From: Escherichia phage vB_EcoM_LNA2
Length of the DNA: 64,000 bases
Direction: 5' to 3' (one strand)
Sequence record: MZ311865.1
Below, one piece after another: positions 44,260 through 53,421 of the stretch; positions within the stretch are counted from its first letter, which is position 1, and the number at the start of each line of letters is the position of its first letter. The notes under the pieces are model-generated. The model was not told the origin of the DNA, searched no databases, and saw only the letters and a list, made by a program, of their open reading frames with translations. Both the position numbers and the translations under genes were made by a program.

Positions 44260-45075
44260 TTAACAATTTATAGACCAAGTCCATTTAGACGAATCTAAAG
44301 GAAAGTTTTGAATCGTCCACCATGGCCGCATATCGGTTGGTCCTGGAGTTCGCCAGGTATACGGATTCGACGGAGCGCCAATTTGATTAGGCCATGCGCC
44401 TGGACTTGTTGCACCAGATTCTTTAAGCAAATCTGCCAATCGTTTTAAAAGGTCTTCATGATCTGAATCTGAATTATGCTTGGGTGGAACCAAACGAGAT
44501 TCAATATCATCCCACGTGTGTACACGTTGTGCAGTACGAGGAATATCATCACGTTCACCACGAGCCAACCAATAAATCGGTACATTAAGAATTTCTGCTG
44601 CATGGTCACAGTGATGAGCTAAATCGTCAACGTAACAAATCACGTTATATTTTGTTTTAGCTAGTTCAAATAATTGTTCCTTTGACGAATCGTGACCACA
44701 CATCATTACTTCAGAAAAAGCGCCTGGGAACAAAGCATTCAAATTAAATTGTCTATTCAATCGAGCATCAATTGAATCACCTAGCGCCGTCACGGCTACA
44801 AAATTATAGTCTTCTTTTAGTTTATTGATAACTCGAAGAGCATCCGAATAAGGCGCTAAGTAACGAATAAAATCAGAGCGATTATATTTTTCTATTAATT
44901 GTTTACCGAGGTTATCATCGGTATTGAATAGTTTACCAGGAGAAATAAATTTTTCGTCCTGAATCATTTTTAAAATATGTTCTAATGGAAGATTATATTT
45001 TTGGGCAAAATAAGGAAGTCCAGATTGCCAGCTTAAACATACACCATCAATATCAGTCAAAATAGTAGGCTTCAT
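44260..45075 (-). CDS. HAD-superfamily phosphatase-like protein, possibly 5'(3')-deoxyribonucleotidase-like (30.2 position)
   Basis: 271 aa; N-terminal HAD motif I ILTDIDGV and later hhhhDD motif (ICYVDD). Confidence 0.65.
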   Translation of the reverse strand: MKPTILTDIDGVCLSWQSGLPYFAQKYNLPLEHILKMIQDEKFISPGKLFNTDDNLGKQLIEKYNRSDFIRYLAPYSDALRVINKLKEDYNFVAVTALGDSIDARLNRQFNLNALFPGAFSEVMMCGHDSSKEQLFELAKTKYNVICYVDDLAHHCDHAAEILNVPIYWLARGERDDIPRTAQRVHTWDDIESRLVPPKHNSDSDHEDLLKRLADLLKESGATSPGAWPNQIGAPSNPYTWRTPGPTDMRPWWTIQNFPLDSSKWTWSINC

Positions 45076-45530
45076 AAAGAGTCTCTTAATAGGTTTAACA
45101 CATCAATAAATTCAGCTTCGGTTAATATTGTATCATCTTTTGTTAGGTGGCTGGCCATGCTGTGCTTCAAAATTTTTCCTTTAGAGGCTTGTAAGGCATC
45201 GCGAAACCCCTTGTTTTGGATCGCTGCTTCAAAATATGCATTTGTATATAATTCTTTCCATGCTTCAGAGTATCTTGAAAATGGAACTCCTAACCAGAAG
45301 AGAGTCCCACTGTCCTGAGCTCTTGCGTAAGACCTTCCAGCTTGCTGTGCAGCCAATCCAGACAACCCAAATATACGTCTTTGTTGTTCAACATTTTTCA
45401 CCTTACATCCTTGGAGAAATCCTTCAAGACCTCCGAATTGAATACCATCCATAACAAAAGGCCATTGAGCAAAGTTACTTAATGCACATGATGGCCATTT
45501 GAAATTACTTCTTATTTCTAATTCAGACAT
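45072..45530 (-). CDS. NADAR (YbiA/DUF1768)-like protein, putative ADP-ribose-processing enzyme (30.3 position)
   Basis: 152 aa from the ATG at 45530 (ORF-track start is GTG); N-terminal SNFKWP...ALSNFAQWPF pattern typical of NADAR domains. Confidence 0.55.
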   Translation of the reverse strand: MSELEIRSNFKWPSCALSNFAQWPFVMDGIQFGGLEGFLQGCKVKNVEQQRRIFGLSGLAAQQAGRSYARAQDSGTLFWLGVPFSRYSEAWKELYTNAYFEAAIQNKGFRDALQASKGKILKHSMASHLTKDDTILTEAEFIDVLNLLRDSL

Positions 45531-45741
45531 CTTTAACACTTATAATTTCAACATCAGCCCAATGACCGTATCCAGGTATACGGTCTTCGATAGATAAATT
45601 TCTGTCATTTTTAGGCATTTTAATTGACGTAACGTATGGTTCTAAACGGTTTTCTGCATAATGTGGAAAAACGTCTGTTACACGATAAGTAACTTCAATC
45701 ATTTCCGTACCAAACAATTTCTGGATTAATTTATTCAACAT
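45523..45741 (-). CDS. Hypothetical protein
   Basis: 72 aa ORF with ATG. Confidence 0.55.
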   Translation of the reverse strand: MLNKLIQKLFGTEMIEVTYRVTDVFPHYAENRLEPYVTSIKMPKNDRNLSIEDRIPGYGHWADVEIISVKDV

Positions 45742-45928
45742 GTTTCAACCCTTTAATAGGAGATAACTCTTTACCCATACGTATGTCAGAAGTCCAATCA
45801 ACCCATTGAACAGCATACGCTTCATTGATAATTCCAGCGGCGGTTTTAAATTCAGGGAGAACTTTAAAAATCACCCCAGGAATTCCAACACCTTTTAATT
45901 GGACTGTTTGTGCTATTAAAAATTTCAT
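45731..45928 (-). CDS. Hypothetical protein
   Basis: 65 aa ORF with ATG. Confidence 0.55.
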   Translation of the reverse strand: MKFLIAQTVQLKGVGIPGVIFKVLPEFKTAAGIINEAYAVQWVDWTSDIRMGKELSPIKGLKHVE

Positions 45929-45982
45929 ATTTTTCCACTTACTAAAGAAATCATTATACTCTAATCCGTCCTTGGATGTACA

Positions 45983-46597
45983 CTACTTAATGAAATTAAT
46001 TTCTACCGGATGAACAACAGGTTGAGCAGTGATATATTGAGTAATTGCTTTCATGACTAGAGCTTCAGAACCAGGATTTTTCTCAACGAATTCACGTGCT
46101 AGGTTATGAGCTTCAAGTTCACTTAGTAAACCACTTCGTTGACATCCACGGTCTTGAGTACCCTGTTCAGATAAAAAGGCGACGATGTATTTTTCATCGT
46201 CATACGGTTTAGACGGTTGAGCAAATGTTCCTTTACTTCCAAAAGGAGAGTTATGACGCCACATCACGCCGTTAGGAGTTTCAACCTTCGTATATTCGTG
46301 TGGGCCATTTTTCTTAGTTTCTTGATGTGGAACTTCGTGGACCTTAGGGTTAGGACATTCAATAAAATGCTCATCTAAATCGGTCGAGAATATTAAAGAA
46401 AAACAATTACTAAATTTACCAACACCTGCCTGATAAATTTTACCTTCAGACGTTCTAATTTCACAAACCGAGCCGGCATCAGTAACTTCTAAAACTTCAA
46501 AAGGCTCGATAAGGTCATATGAGAACATGTTTTTAAGGCGTGGAGTAATATCCCCATTTTTAAAATTCATTTTATAAAAAGTATTAACTTTAAACAT
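45983..46597 (-). CDS. Hypothetical protein
   Basis: 204 aa ORF; RBS GAGGAAA; UUCG hairpin immediately upstream; His-containing segment NPKVHEVPHQETKKNGPHEY; no family recognised. Confidence 0.7.
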   Translation of the reverse strand: MFKVNTFYKMNFKNGDITPRLKNMFSYDLIEPFEVLEVTDAGSVCEIRTSEGKIYQAGVGKFSNCFSLIFSTDLDEHFIECPNPKVHEVPHQETKKNGPHEYTKVETPNGVMWRHNSPFGSKGTFAQPSKPYDDEKYIVAFLSEQGTQDRGCQRSGLLSELEAHNLAREFVEKNPGSEALVMKAITQYITAQPVVHPVEINFIK

Positions 46598-46609
46598 AAT
46601 TTCCTCAGT

Positions 46610-46625
46610 GGGAGCCGAAGCTCCC
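46610..46625 (-). other. UUCG hairpin immediately upstream of the 204-aa ORF RBS
   Basis: GGGAGC-UUCG-GCUCCC on the minus-strand transcript. Confidence 0.5.
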
Positions 46626-46632
46626 AGTTAAA

Positions 46633-46998
46633 TTAGATATCGAATTCATTAAGAACTACATCAAAGATTGCTTCGAGATGTTCAGGTTTAGCTCGATGAC
46701 TCAGGATATGACGAATCCAAGTTTTAACCAGAAGTTTACGATTAACACCGTTCCAGCAAGGATGGGTACCTAAATCACGTTGACGGAAATCGTCATCTAA
46801 AGCGATTTTAAAAGTAGAACCTTCCATCGTGATTGAAACCGTGATGCCATTTTCAAATCGCATATAAACGTAATTAGGAGTCATGCACTGTTCGATTTCA
46901 CAAACTGTACCGTTTTCATGTTTCCATAAGCAAATAACTTCAGAAGAACCAGCGATACCGTTAGAAACATATCTGCGTTCGAAGTTGATGTAGTTCAT
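46633..46998 (-). CDS. Hypothetical protein (30.7-like position)
   Basis: 121 aa ORF; early-type promoter upstream. Confidence 0.7.
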   Translation of the reverse strand: MNYINFERRYVSNGIAGSSEVICLWKHENGTVCEIEQCMTPNYVYMRFENGITVSITMEGSTFKIALDDDFRQRDLGTHPCWNGVNRKLLVKTWIRHILSHRAKPEHLEAIFDVVLNEFDI

Positions 46999-47039
46999 TT
47001 TATTCTCCAGATGTTTAAGTTGTTTGTTGGTACAGGTCT

Positions 47040-47068
47040 ATAATAACATAACCTGTACCAAAGTAAAC
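47040..47068 (-). promoter_or_regulatory. Early-type promoter for the 121-aa ORF
   Basis: Minus strand GTTTAC, 17 bp, TATTAT. Confidence 0.5.
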
Positions 47069-47072
47069 TGTT

Positions 47073-47441
47073 TTATGCAACTTTAATCCAATTGTCTAAA
47101 TTTAAAACACCTTTGGCTTTCATTTTTTCGATCAGGCTATCTGCTGTAATGCGTCCATTTTGATACCATGTAACATCTTCAGAGTAACCAGTTTCTTCGT
47201 CAACATATGTTTCTGAACGAATTTTACCGGTAATAATAGTTTTTAATTCGTATGTGTCACCTGTGAAAAAGTTTGCTAACACAATTTTCCAAGAGAAATC
47301 ATCTGAAGGACCTTCAGGGGTCATACAACCTACGAACTCAAATTGCTCTTTGTATAACATCCACCGGAATTCTTTAATTTCGATAGCTTTATAACCGCCG
47401 TGGTCTTTACATTTGATGTATGAGTTCAGATTGATTTTCAT
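47073..47441 (-). CDS. Hypothetical protein (30.8-like position)
   Basis: 122 aa ORF; early-type promoter upstream. Confidence 0.7.
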   Translation of the reverse strand: MKINLNSYIKCKDHGGYKAIEIKEFRWMLYKEQFEFVGCMTPEGPSDDFSWKIVLANFFTGDTYELKTIITGKIRSETYVDEETGYSEDVTWYQNGRITADSLIEKMKAKGVLNLDNWIKVA

Positions 47442-47483
47442 TTTGTTCTCCGGTTTGTTTTATTGATTAGGTGGTACAAGTCT

Positions 47484-47512
47484 ATAGTAACACATCCTAC
47501 AGGAGAGTAAAC
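47484..47512 (-). promoter_or_regulatory. Early-type promoter for the 122-aa ORF
   Basis: Minus strand GTTTAC, 17 bp, TACTAT. Confidence 0.5.
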
Positions 47513-47540
47513 ATCTTTTTTTAAACTTTTTCTGCCCTAA

Positions 47541-47568
47541 ACGCACAAAAGGGAGACCGAAGTCTCCC
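47541..47568 (-). terminator. Terminator downstream of the 59-aa basic ORF
   Basis: GGGAGAC-UUCG-GUCUCCC on the minus-strand transcript followed by UUUUGUG. Confidence 0.75.
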
Positions 47569-47573
47569 TAAAT

Positions 47574-47753
47574 TTATGCAACAACCTTTCCAAAACGAGA
47601 AGCATCATCTCGAAGAACTGCACGTGCTCTGCGCATGATCTTCTCAACTGTTTGATTAATACGAGAGTTCGACCCACGCTTGTATCCAGCGCGTTTAGAG
47701 GTACCATCAACTTTCTTTTCAACTGCTTTCTTTGCTTTAGCTTGTTTTGCCAT
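47574..47753 (-). CDS. Hypothetical small basic protein (59 aa), below the ORF-track cutoff
   Basis: ATG start; MAKQAKAKKAVEKKVDGTSKRAGYKR...; exact-copy UUCG hairpin terminator downstream; the ORF-track 47537..47722 ORF is in another frame. Confidence 0.55.
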   Translation of the reverse strand: MAKQAKAKKAVEKKVDGTSKRAGYKRGSNSRINQTVEKIMRRARAVLRDDASRFGKVVA

Positions 47754-48021
47754 TATAAATTCTCTTTAAATGAAAATGCAGGACTTATTGACATTGCCTG
47801 CGCAAGCCCTCAAGGGGAACATAGGTTTTGGGTATTTAACGACAGGATAACCATAAACCCGTCATCATACTTACCATGACTTACACAGCTAACCTTTTGC
47901 TGACGCATGATAGTACAAAATACATTCAAGAGGTACACCGTAAAATTGTCGGGGCGGTACTTCTAAAACATAGCGATTCGCAAATCGATAATCAGACAAT
48001 TCGACGGCTCCTCGATTTAGC

Positions 48022-48270
48022 TTACTTCAGGGTAATAATAAAATGACGTACTGCTTTACGTGCGGCAGAAGCCAGAGGCTTAGCATATTTCAATTCATCT
48101 TTCTGGACCAGGATATCGCGAAGATCGGCTTGTGCTGGATTCAGATGTTTGAAATACTGTAAGATTTCGAGGGCTTCGGCTTCGACATCAATAGATGCAC
48201 CGTAATTTTCGTGGCCATTATTCCATGCATGGCGTTGCAGTTCAAGAGCGTGTTGTAATTGTTTAATCAT
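48022..48270 (-). CDS. rIII: Lysis inhibition accessory protein rIII
   Basis: 82 aa as in T4 rIII; position between the 30.x region and gene 31. Confidence 0.85.
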   Translation of the reverse strand: MIKQLQHALELQRHAWNNGHENYGASIDVEAEALEILQYFKHLNPAQADLRDILVQKDELKYAKPLASAARKAVRHFIITLK

Positions 48271-48386
48271 TTTAAATTCTCAATTCGAGACAATATTTAG
48301 TAGCCACGTTCGTCTGAATTTCACCTTCTTTCGACAGGTCTCTCAGTTGTAGGCTACCGCTTAGAAGAGTGTTCTCTTCATATAGT

Positions 48387-48394
48387 TATTTATA
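48387..48394 (-). promoter_or_regulatory. Candidate late promoter for rIII
   Basis: Minus-strand TATAAATA directly after the gene 31 stop. Confidence 0.5.
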
Positions 48395-48727
48395 TCACTT
48401 ATAAAGACACGGAATAGCTTTATAGTGGCATGTTACGAATTTCTGTTTAATTTCTTTAGGTTGTTTAAGTCCCAAAGCCACAAATGGATGTGGAACATTT
48501 CGAATTTGTCCAACTGGTATTGGAGTCAAATCACCGACTTCAACAAAACCTTCAGGAACATCAGGACCTACAGAATGAACTACACATAGTTCAGGAACTT
48601 CACCTTGAACACGTTTACCAATCACAAGTCCTGATTCTGTAACTTCTTCATCACCTGCTTGAGCTGGTTCAGAAACCAGAATGACATATTCACCAACAGC
48701 ACGAATTGGGAGTTGTACTTCAGACAT
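48395..48727 (-). CDS. 31: Head assembly co-chaperonin gp31 (GroES-like)
   Basis: 110 aa; T4 position and length; MotA-box middle promoter upstream. Confidence 0.9.
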   Translation of the reverse strand: MSEVQLPIRAVGEYVILVSEPAQAGDEEVTESGLVIGKRVQGEVPELCVVHSVGPDVPEGFVEVGDLTPIPVGQIRNVPHPFVALGLKQPKEIKQKFVTCHYKAIPCLYK

Positions 48728-48757
48728 CTTATTTCCTTGTTGTTTGACTATAGATTA

Positions 48758-48782
48758 ATAATACCATACTATTCGTAAAGCA
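48758..48782 (-). promoter_or_regulatory. MotA-dependent middle promoter for gene 31
   Basis: Minus strand reads TGCTTTA, 12 bp, TATTAT. Confidence 0.6.
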
Positions 48783-48784
48783 TA

Positions 48785-49081
48785 TTACATAAGAAGCAAA
48801 CGTTCCGCCGGAGTACCATCAACCGAAATTACTTTATCAAGGCGGAAAGAACGCCACTGGCCTAACTTGGTATCGAATGCTCGAACTGATTCACGAGGTT
48901 CATAACGAACTTCTGTTGCTGGATTGTTATTTTCATATTTGACTTCAAGTTCATCGCGCGAAGCAAACATAGTGCGTACCTCGCCGTTAGCCTTTTCAAA
49001 TACAACACAATGAACGCCTACAGACAGAATAGTTTTAATACGTTCACGAAGAACCATAGTTTCTTGTTCAGTTAAAATCAT
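48785..49081 (-). CDS. Hypothetical protein (31.1-like position)
   Basis: ATG at 49081 overlaps the cd stop; 98 aa; ORF-track start is GTG. Confidence 0.65.
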   Translation of the reverse strand: MILTEQETMVLRERIKTILSVGVHCVVFEKANGEVRTMFASRDELEVKYENNNPATEVRYEPRESVRAFDTKLGQWRSFRLDKVISVDGTPAERLLLM

Positions 49082-49082
49082 A

Positions 49083-49664
49083 TTATTCACCACAAAAGTT
49101 TCGGATTTGTTCCCAATTCAGAGAACGAAGATTATTACGAGAGTACTGAATTACTTCAATACCGGCTTGTTTTAGAATGTCTGCCCAATTTTCAGGAGAT
49201 CGATCGTATAATTCTGCGTATACAACCTTTTTAATACCTGACTGCGTAATAGCTTTAGTGCAATCAGGACATGGAGAAAGCGTCGTATATAACGTAGCGC
49301 CTTCAATAGAATTACCTTTACGAGCTGCAAACAAAATTGCATTCAATTCTGCATGGATTTCATTATTAGCAGACCATGCACTATGAGCGGCCCGATGTTC
49401 TTTAGCCAAAACAAAATTATCTGCCCGTCCAAATGCTGTAGTGCCTTCTTTATGTCCAGCAACGATGACCGGGCTTGGTTTATTCTTCAACCAACCATTT
49501 TCGGATGCATGTTCACAACAGTTAACGCCACCTGCTGGTGAGCCATTATATCCAGTAGAGATAATGCGCCCATCTTTTTCAATGACTGCGCCAACTTTCC
49601 ATGAACAACATTTTGATTCTTGAGAAATCAGATATGCAATCTGAAGGTATGTGCTAGCTTTCAT
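49083..49664 (-). CDS. cd: dCMP deaminase
   Basis: 193 aa as in T4 Cd; zinc-binding deaminase motifs HAE...PCPDC. Confidence 0.95.
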   Translation of the reverse strand: MKASTYLQIAYLISQESKCCSWKVGAVIEKDGRIISTGYNGSPAGGVNCCEHASENGWLKNKPSPVIVAGHKEGTTAFGRADNFVLAKEHRAAHSAWSANNEIHAELNAILFAARKGNSIEGATLYTTLSPCPDCTKAITQSGIKKVVYAELYDRSPENWADILKQAGIEVIQYSRNNLRSLNWEQIRNFCGE

Positions 49665-50656
49665 TATTGAACCTTATTAATATAAGTTAACAGCTCTTTA
49701 GTTTGTTCCCAACTGATGCACGCATCGGTAACGGAAACGCCATAGGACATATTATCAGAAATTTTTTGATTTCCTTCATGTAGGAATGATTCTATCATAA
49801 TTCCTTTGACCAAATCATTAGCTGCTAAATTTTTACCAATACCAATTTGATTGCTATAATGTCCATCAGCGTTTGCATGGCTACAGTCAACCATTACATA
49901 ATGATTCAGACCTACTGCCCTTGCTTTGTTAGAAGCTTCTTGAATATCAGAAGAATGATAGTTCGGGCCGTTGGTCCCGCCACGCAATACGATATGCGTA
50001 TTCTGATTACCTTCAGCTTCAACAATGCCTACAGTACCATCGACGTCCATACCCATATACCGATGAGGCCAGGCGGCACTATACATCGCGTCTGTAGCTA
50101 CTTTAATAGAACCATTGGTTGCGTTCTTGAAGCCTACGCACATCGGTAGACCTGAAGCAATTTCACGATGTGTCTGACTTTCAGTCGTACGGGCGCCAAT
50201 AGCAACCCATGAGAAAATACCAGAAAGATACTTAATCGTGAATGGGTCTAATACTTCAGTTGCTAATGGAAGTCCCATACGTAGAAGTTTACGACACAAT
50301 GTTCGTGCAACTATAAGACCGTGGTTCATATCAAAACTTCCGTCAAGATATGGATCATTTACAAGACCTTTCCAACCTACGGTAGTTCGAGGCTTTTCAA
50401 AATAAACGCGCATCACTAACAGAACATTAGGAAGACGAGTTTGAAGTTCAGCCAGACGTTTGCCGTATTCAACAGCAGCAATAGGGTCATGAATTGAACA
50501 AGGACCTACAACAATAAGTTTGCGTGGGTCTTCACCATTCATAATCGAATTAACTTGTTCGCGATGAGAAGCCACTTGTGATGCGTAAGCTTCCGACAAA
50601 GGAATAATCTCAGCTAGTTCTTTTGGAGAAATAAGTTTTCCGACGACAGGTAACAT
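49664..50656 (-). CDS. 3-deoxy-D-arabino-heptulosonate 7-phosphate (DAHP) synthase, AroG/AroF/AroH class I-alpha
   Basis: 330 aa; hallmark AroG motifs KLIVVGPCSIHDP, YFEKPRTTVGWKGLVNDP, IGARTTESQTHREIASGL, IVLRGG, MVDCSHAN, ESFLHEGNQ; stop overlaps the cd start (TAATG); RBS AAGGA. Confidence 0.93.
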   Translation of the reverse strand: MLPVVGKLISPKELAEIIPLSEAYASQVASHREQVNSIMNGEDPRKLIVVGPCSIHDPIAAVEYGKRLAELQTRLPNVLLVMRVYFEKPRTTVGWKGLVNDPYLDGSFDMNHGLIVARTLCRKLLRMGLPLATEVLDPFTIKYLSGIFSWVAIGARTTESQTHREIASGLPMCVGFKNATNGSIKVATDAMYSAAWPHRYMGMDVDGTVGIVEAEGNQNTHIVLRGGTNGPNYHSSDIQEASNKARAVGLNHYVMVDCSHANADGHYSNQIGIGKNLAANDLVKGIMIESFLHEGNQKISDNMSYGVSVTDACISWEQTKELLTYINKVQ

Positions 50657-50776
50657 AACAATCCTTAGGAGATATAAACAGATTCTGATTCAACAATACC
50701 TTTAACCGGATTAGACAGGCTAAGTTGGTAGTGCTCAGATTTATGACCATTCTCGATAGTAATGAGATAGCTCTCA

Positions 50777-51013
50777 TTATAGTGTTCCATATACTCGAGT
50801 TGCTTCAACAAGACCATCGCTGCCTAATTTAAGATTAGTAATTTGGTCACCATCTTTAGGATTAACGATTATGAGAAAAGAACGTGGAGATTCTTGAATA
50901 ACTCGTAATGTTGCATCTTGGAAACGTTCAGACACTTTATTGATGAGTGCTTGAGCAAATTCTTTTACTTTAATCTGAAATTCGTGTACTGTAATTGGGT
51001 TTTCACTTAGCAT
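50777..51013 (-). CDS. Hypothetical protein (cd.x-like)
   Basis: 78 aa ORF; RBS GAGGAAA; early-type promoter upstream. Confidence 0.7.
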   Translation of the reverse strand: MLSENPITVHEFQIKVKEFAQALINKVSERFQDATLRVIQESPRSFLIIVNPKDGDQITNLKLGSDGLVEATRVYGTL

Positions 51014-51041
51014 TTCTATTTCCTCATTTGTTGGTAGAGTT

Positions 51042-51071
51042 ATAGTATCACAACTCCACCATGTTGTAAAC
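51042..51071 (-). promoter_or_regulatory. Early-type promoter for the 78-aa ORF / DAHP synthase / cd transcription unit
   Basis: Minus strand GTTTAC, 18 bp, TACTAT; no other promoter motif seen before DAHP synthase. Confidence 0.5.
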
Positions 51072-51073
51072 CA

Positions 51074-51349
51074 TTAAATTGCTTTGCATTCAATTTTTTG
51101 TGTACCGAAATTGATATCACATTGGATAACTAAATCGCCGTCAAGATCAAATACCACTATGACGTGTGCAGACCCAGGGAGAAGAGTAATAGCAATAGAA
51201 TCTACTTGGTCTGGGAGCAAAGCATTGAGTACATGAGTTAGTTGAGCATGAACTCTGAGTTCGGCTGCATTATCAAGCACTTCAAACATATTATTAGCAA
51301 TAATCTGACTGAAGACTACCTTTACAATTTCAGAATAAGTTGGGAACAT
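51074..51349 (-). CDS. Hypothetical protein (cd.x-like)
   Basis: 91 aa ORF with ATG. Confidence 0.65.
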   Translation of the reverse strand: MFPTYSEIVKVVFSQIIANNMFEVLDNAAELRVHAQLTHVLNALLPDQVDSIAITLLPGSAHVIVVFDLDGDLVIQCDINFGTQKIECKAI

Positions 51350-51356
51350 AATTACC

Positions 51357-51581
51357 TCAGTGTACAGTATTTACTTTAACTCGAACAACAAATCGCTCGG
51401 TCGGTTCACCTACAGGAACAAACTCTACATGATATTCACCTTTGTAACGAGTATTCAGATCATTACGAATTCCTGCGAGTTTGTTGATTAATGTAGGACT
51501 CATATTAAGTCCCACTAGTTCACGAAGCATTTTGTATGCTTCATCTTCGATTTCATGATGTTTATCGTACATAGTTTTCAT
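51357..51581 (-). CDS. Hypothetical protein (cd.x-like)
   Basis: 74 aa ORF with ATG. Confidence 0.65.
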   Translation of the reverse strand: MKTMYDKHHEIEDEAYKMLRELVGLNMSPTLINKLAGIRNDLNTRYKGEYHVEFVPVGEPTERFVVRVKVNTVH

Positions 51582-51752
51582 TTAACCATTCAATTGCCTG
51601 GTCGACGTTATCAAATATACCGCCGTCCAACCATTCTTCATGTTCATAGTCCAGCACATCAATACCGAACCGTCCATTTACTAAAGGCCATACTACAAAC
51701 AAATATTCTTTATGCTGTTCGATGGCCTCAATCACTTCATATAATCGTTTCA

Positions 51753-51753
<1 letters not shown>
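51562..51753 (-). CDS. Hypothetical protein (cd.x-like)
   Basis: 63 aa ORF with ATG; overlaps neighbours. Confidence 0.6.
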
Positions 51754-52839
<1,086 letters not shown>

Positions 52840-52840
<1 letters not shown>

Positions 52841-53139
52841 TATTTTATTCCTAAGAAAATTTCAAGAATACGAATGTTATGCTCGCGCCGGTCTTTATTA
52901 ATTTCAGCAACGTTTTTATTAATTGACGTACTTCTAACGTTTGAAGAAATAAATTTAATCATATGACTTTTGAGTTGTTGCAAATCCAACCCTTTTTCTT
53001 TAGCAGCTTTACGAAGAGCTTTACCTGCTTCATCTAGTGCCTTTGCTGCATCTTTGTCATAATTGCCAAGTGACATTCCACGACAGATATCAATATACTC
53101 ATCAGACCGTTTGATGTAATTCTCTAGTAATGTTTTCAT
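52840..53139 (-). CDS. Hypothetical protein
   Basis: 99 aa ORF; RBS GAGGAAA; early-type promoter upstream. Confidence 0.7.
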
Positions 53140-53167
53140 TTAGATTTCCTCAATTATCCATAGGAGC

Positions 53168-53197
53168 ATTATACTCTGCTCCTGAGAGTTTGTAAAC
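53168..53197 (-). promoter_or_regulatory. Early-type promoter for the 99-aa ORF
   Basis: Minus strand GTTTAC, 18 bp, TATAAT; -10 sits in the loop of a GGAGCA/TGCTCC inverted repeat. Confidence 0.55.
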
Positions 53198-53421
53198 TAT
53201 TTTACTAAAGATTCAATATACTCGTGAAGAGCTTTAGTCGCTACTGCCCACTTATTCTGATATTCATTTTTCAGATTAGCCCGAGACTGAACTAACAATC
53301 GGTCATTAGTCGGAGGCAAAGATTCTAATCGTTGAATCTGGCGCCCATAAATCATAGCCGCCATTTCAGATTCATAGATAAGCCCTTTAATGTATTCATG
53401 TTGTTCTTTAGTCATTGGCAT
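53197..53421 (-). CDS. Hypothetical protein
   Basis: 74 aa ORF; RBS AGAGGAAAA. Confidence 0.65.
   Translation of the reverse strand: MPMTKEQHEYIKGLIYESEMAAMIYGRQIQRLESLPPTNDRLLVQSRANLKNEYQNKWAVATKALHEYIESLVK

Noticed and set aside
47788-47793. Plus-strand TTGACA as a sigma-70 -35 element in the rIII-upstream gap
   Set aside because: No acceptable -10 hexamer at 16 to 19 bp spacing and no plus-strand gene downstream.
49664-50656. Possibility that the DAHP synthase-like ORF is a KDO8P synthase (KdsA)
   Set aside because: Length and motifs (KPRTTVGWKG, GARTTESQ.HRE, LRGG) match AroG-type DAHP synthases rather than the shorter KdsA family as I recall it.
50660-50788. 42-aa minus-strand ORF between the 78-aa ORF and DAHP synthase
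   Set aside because: Short, overlaps the upstream ORF end and covers the DAHP synthase RBS; no independent support.
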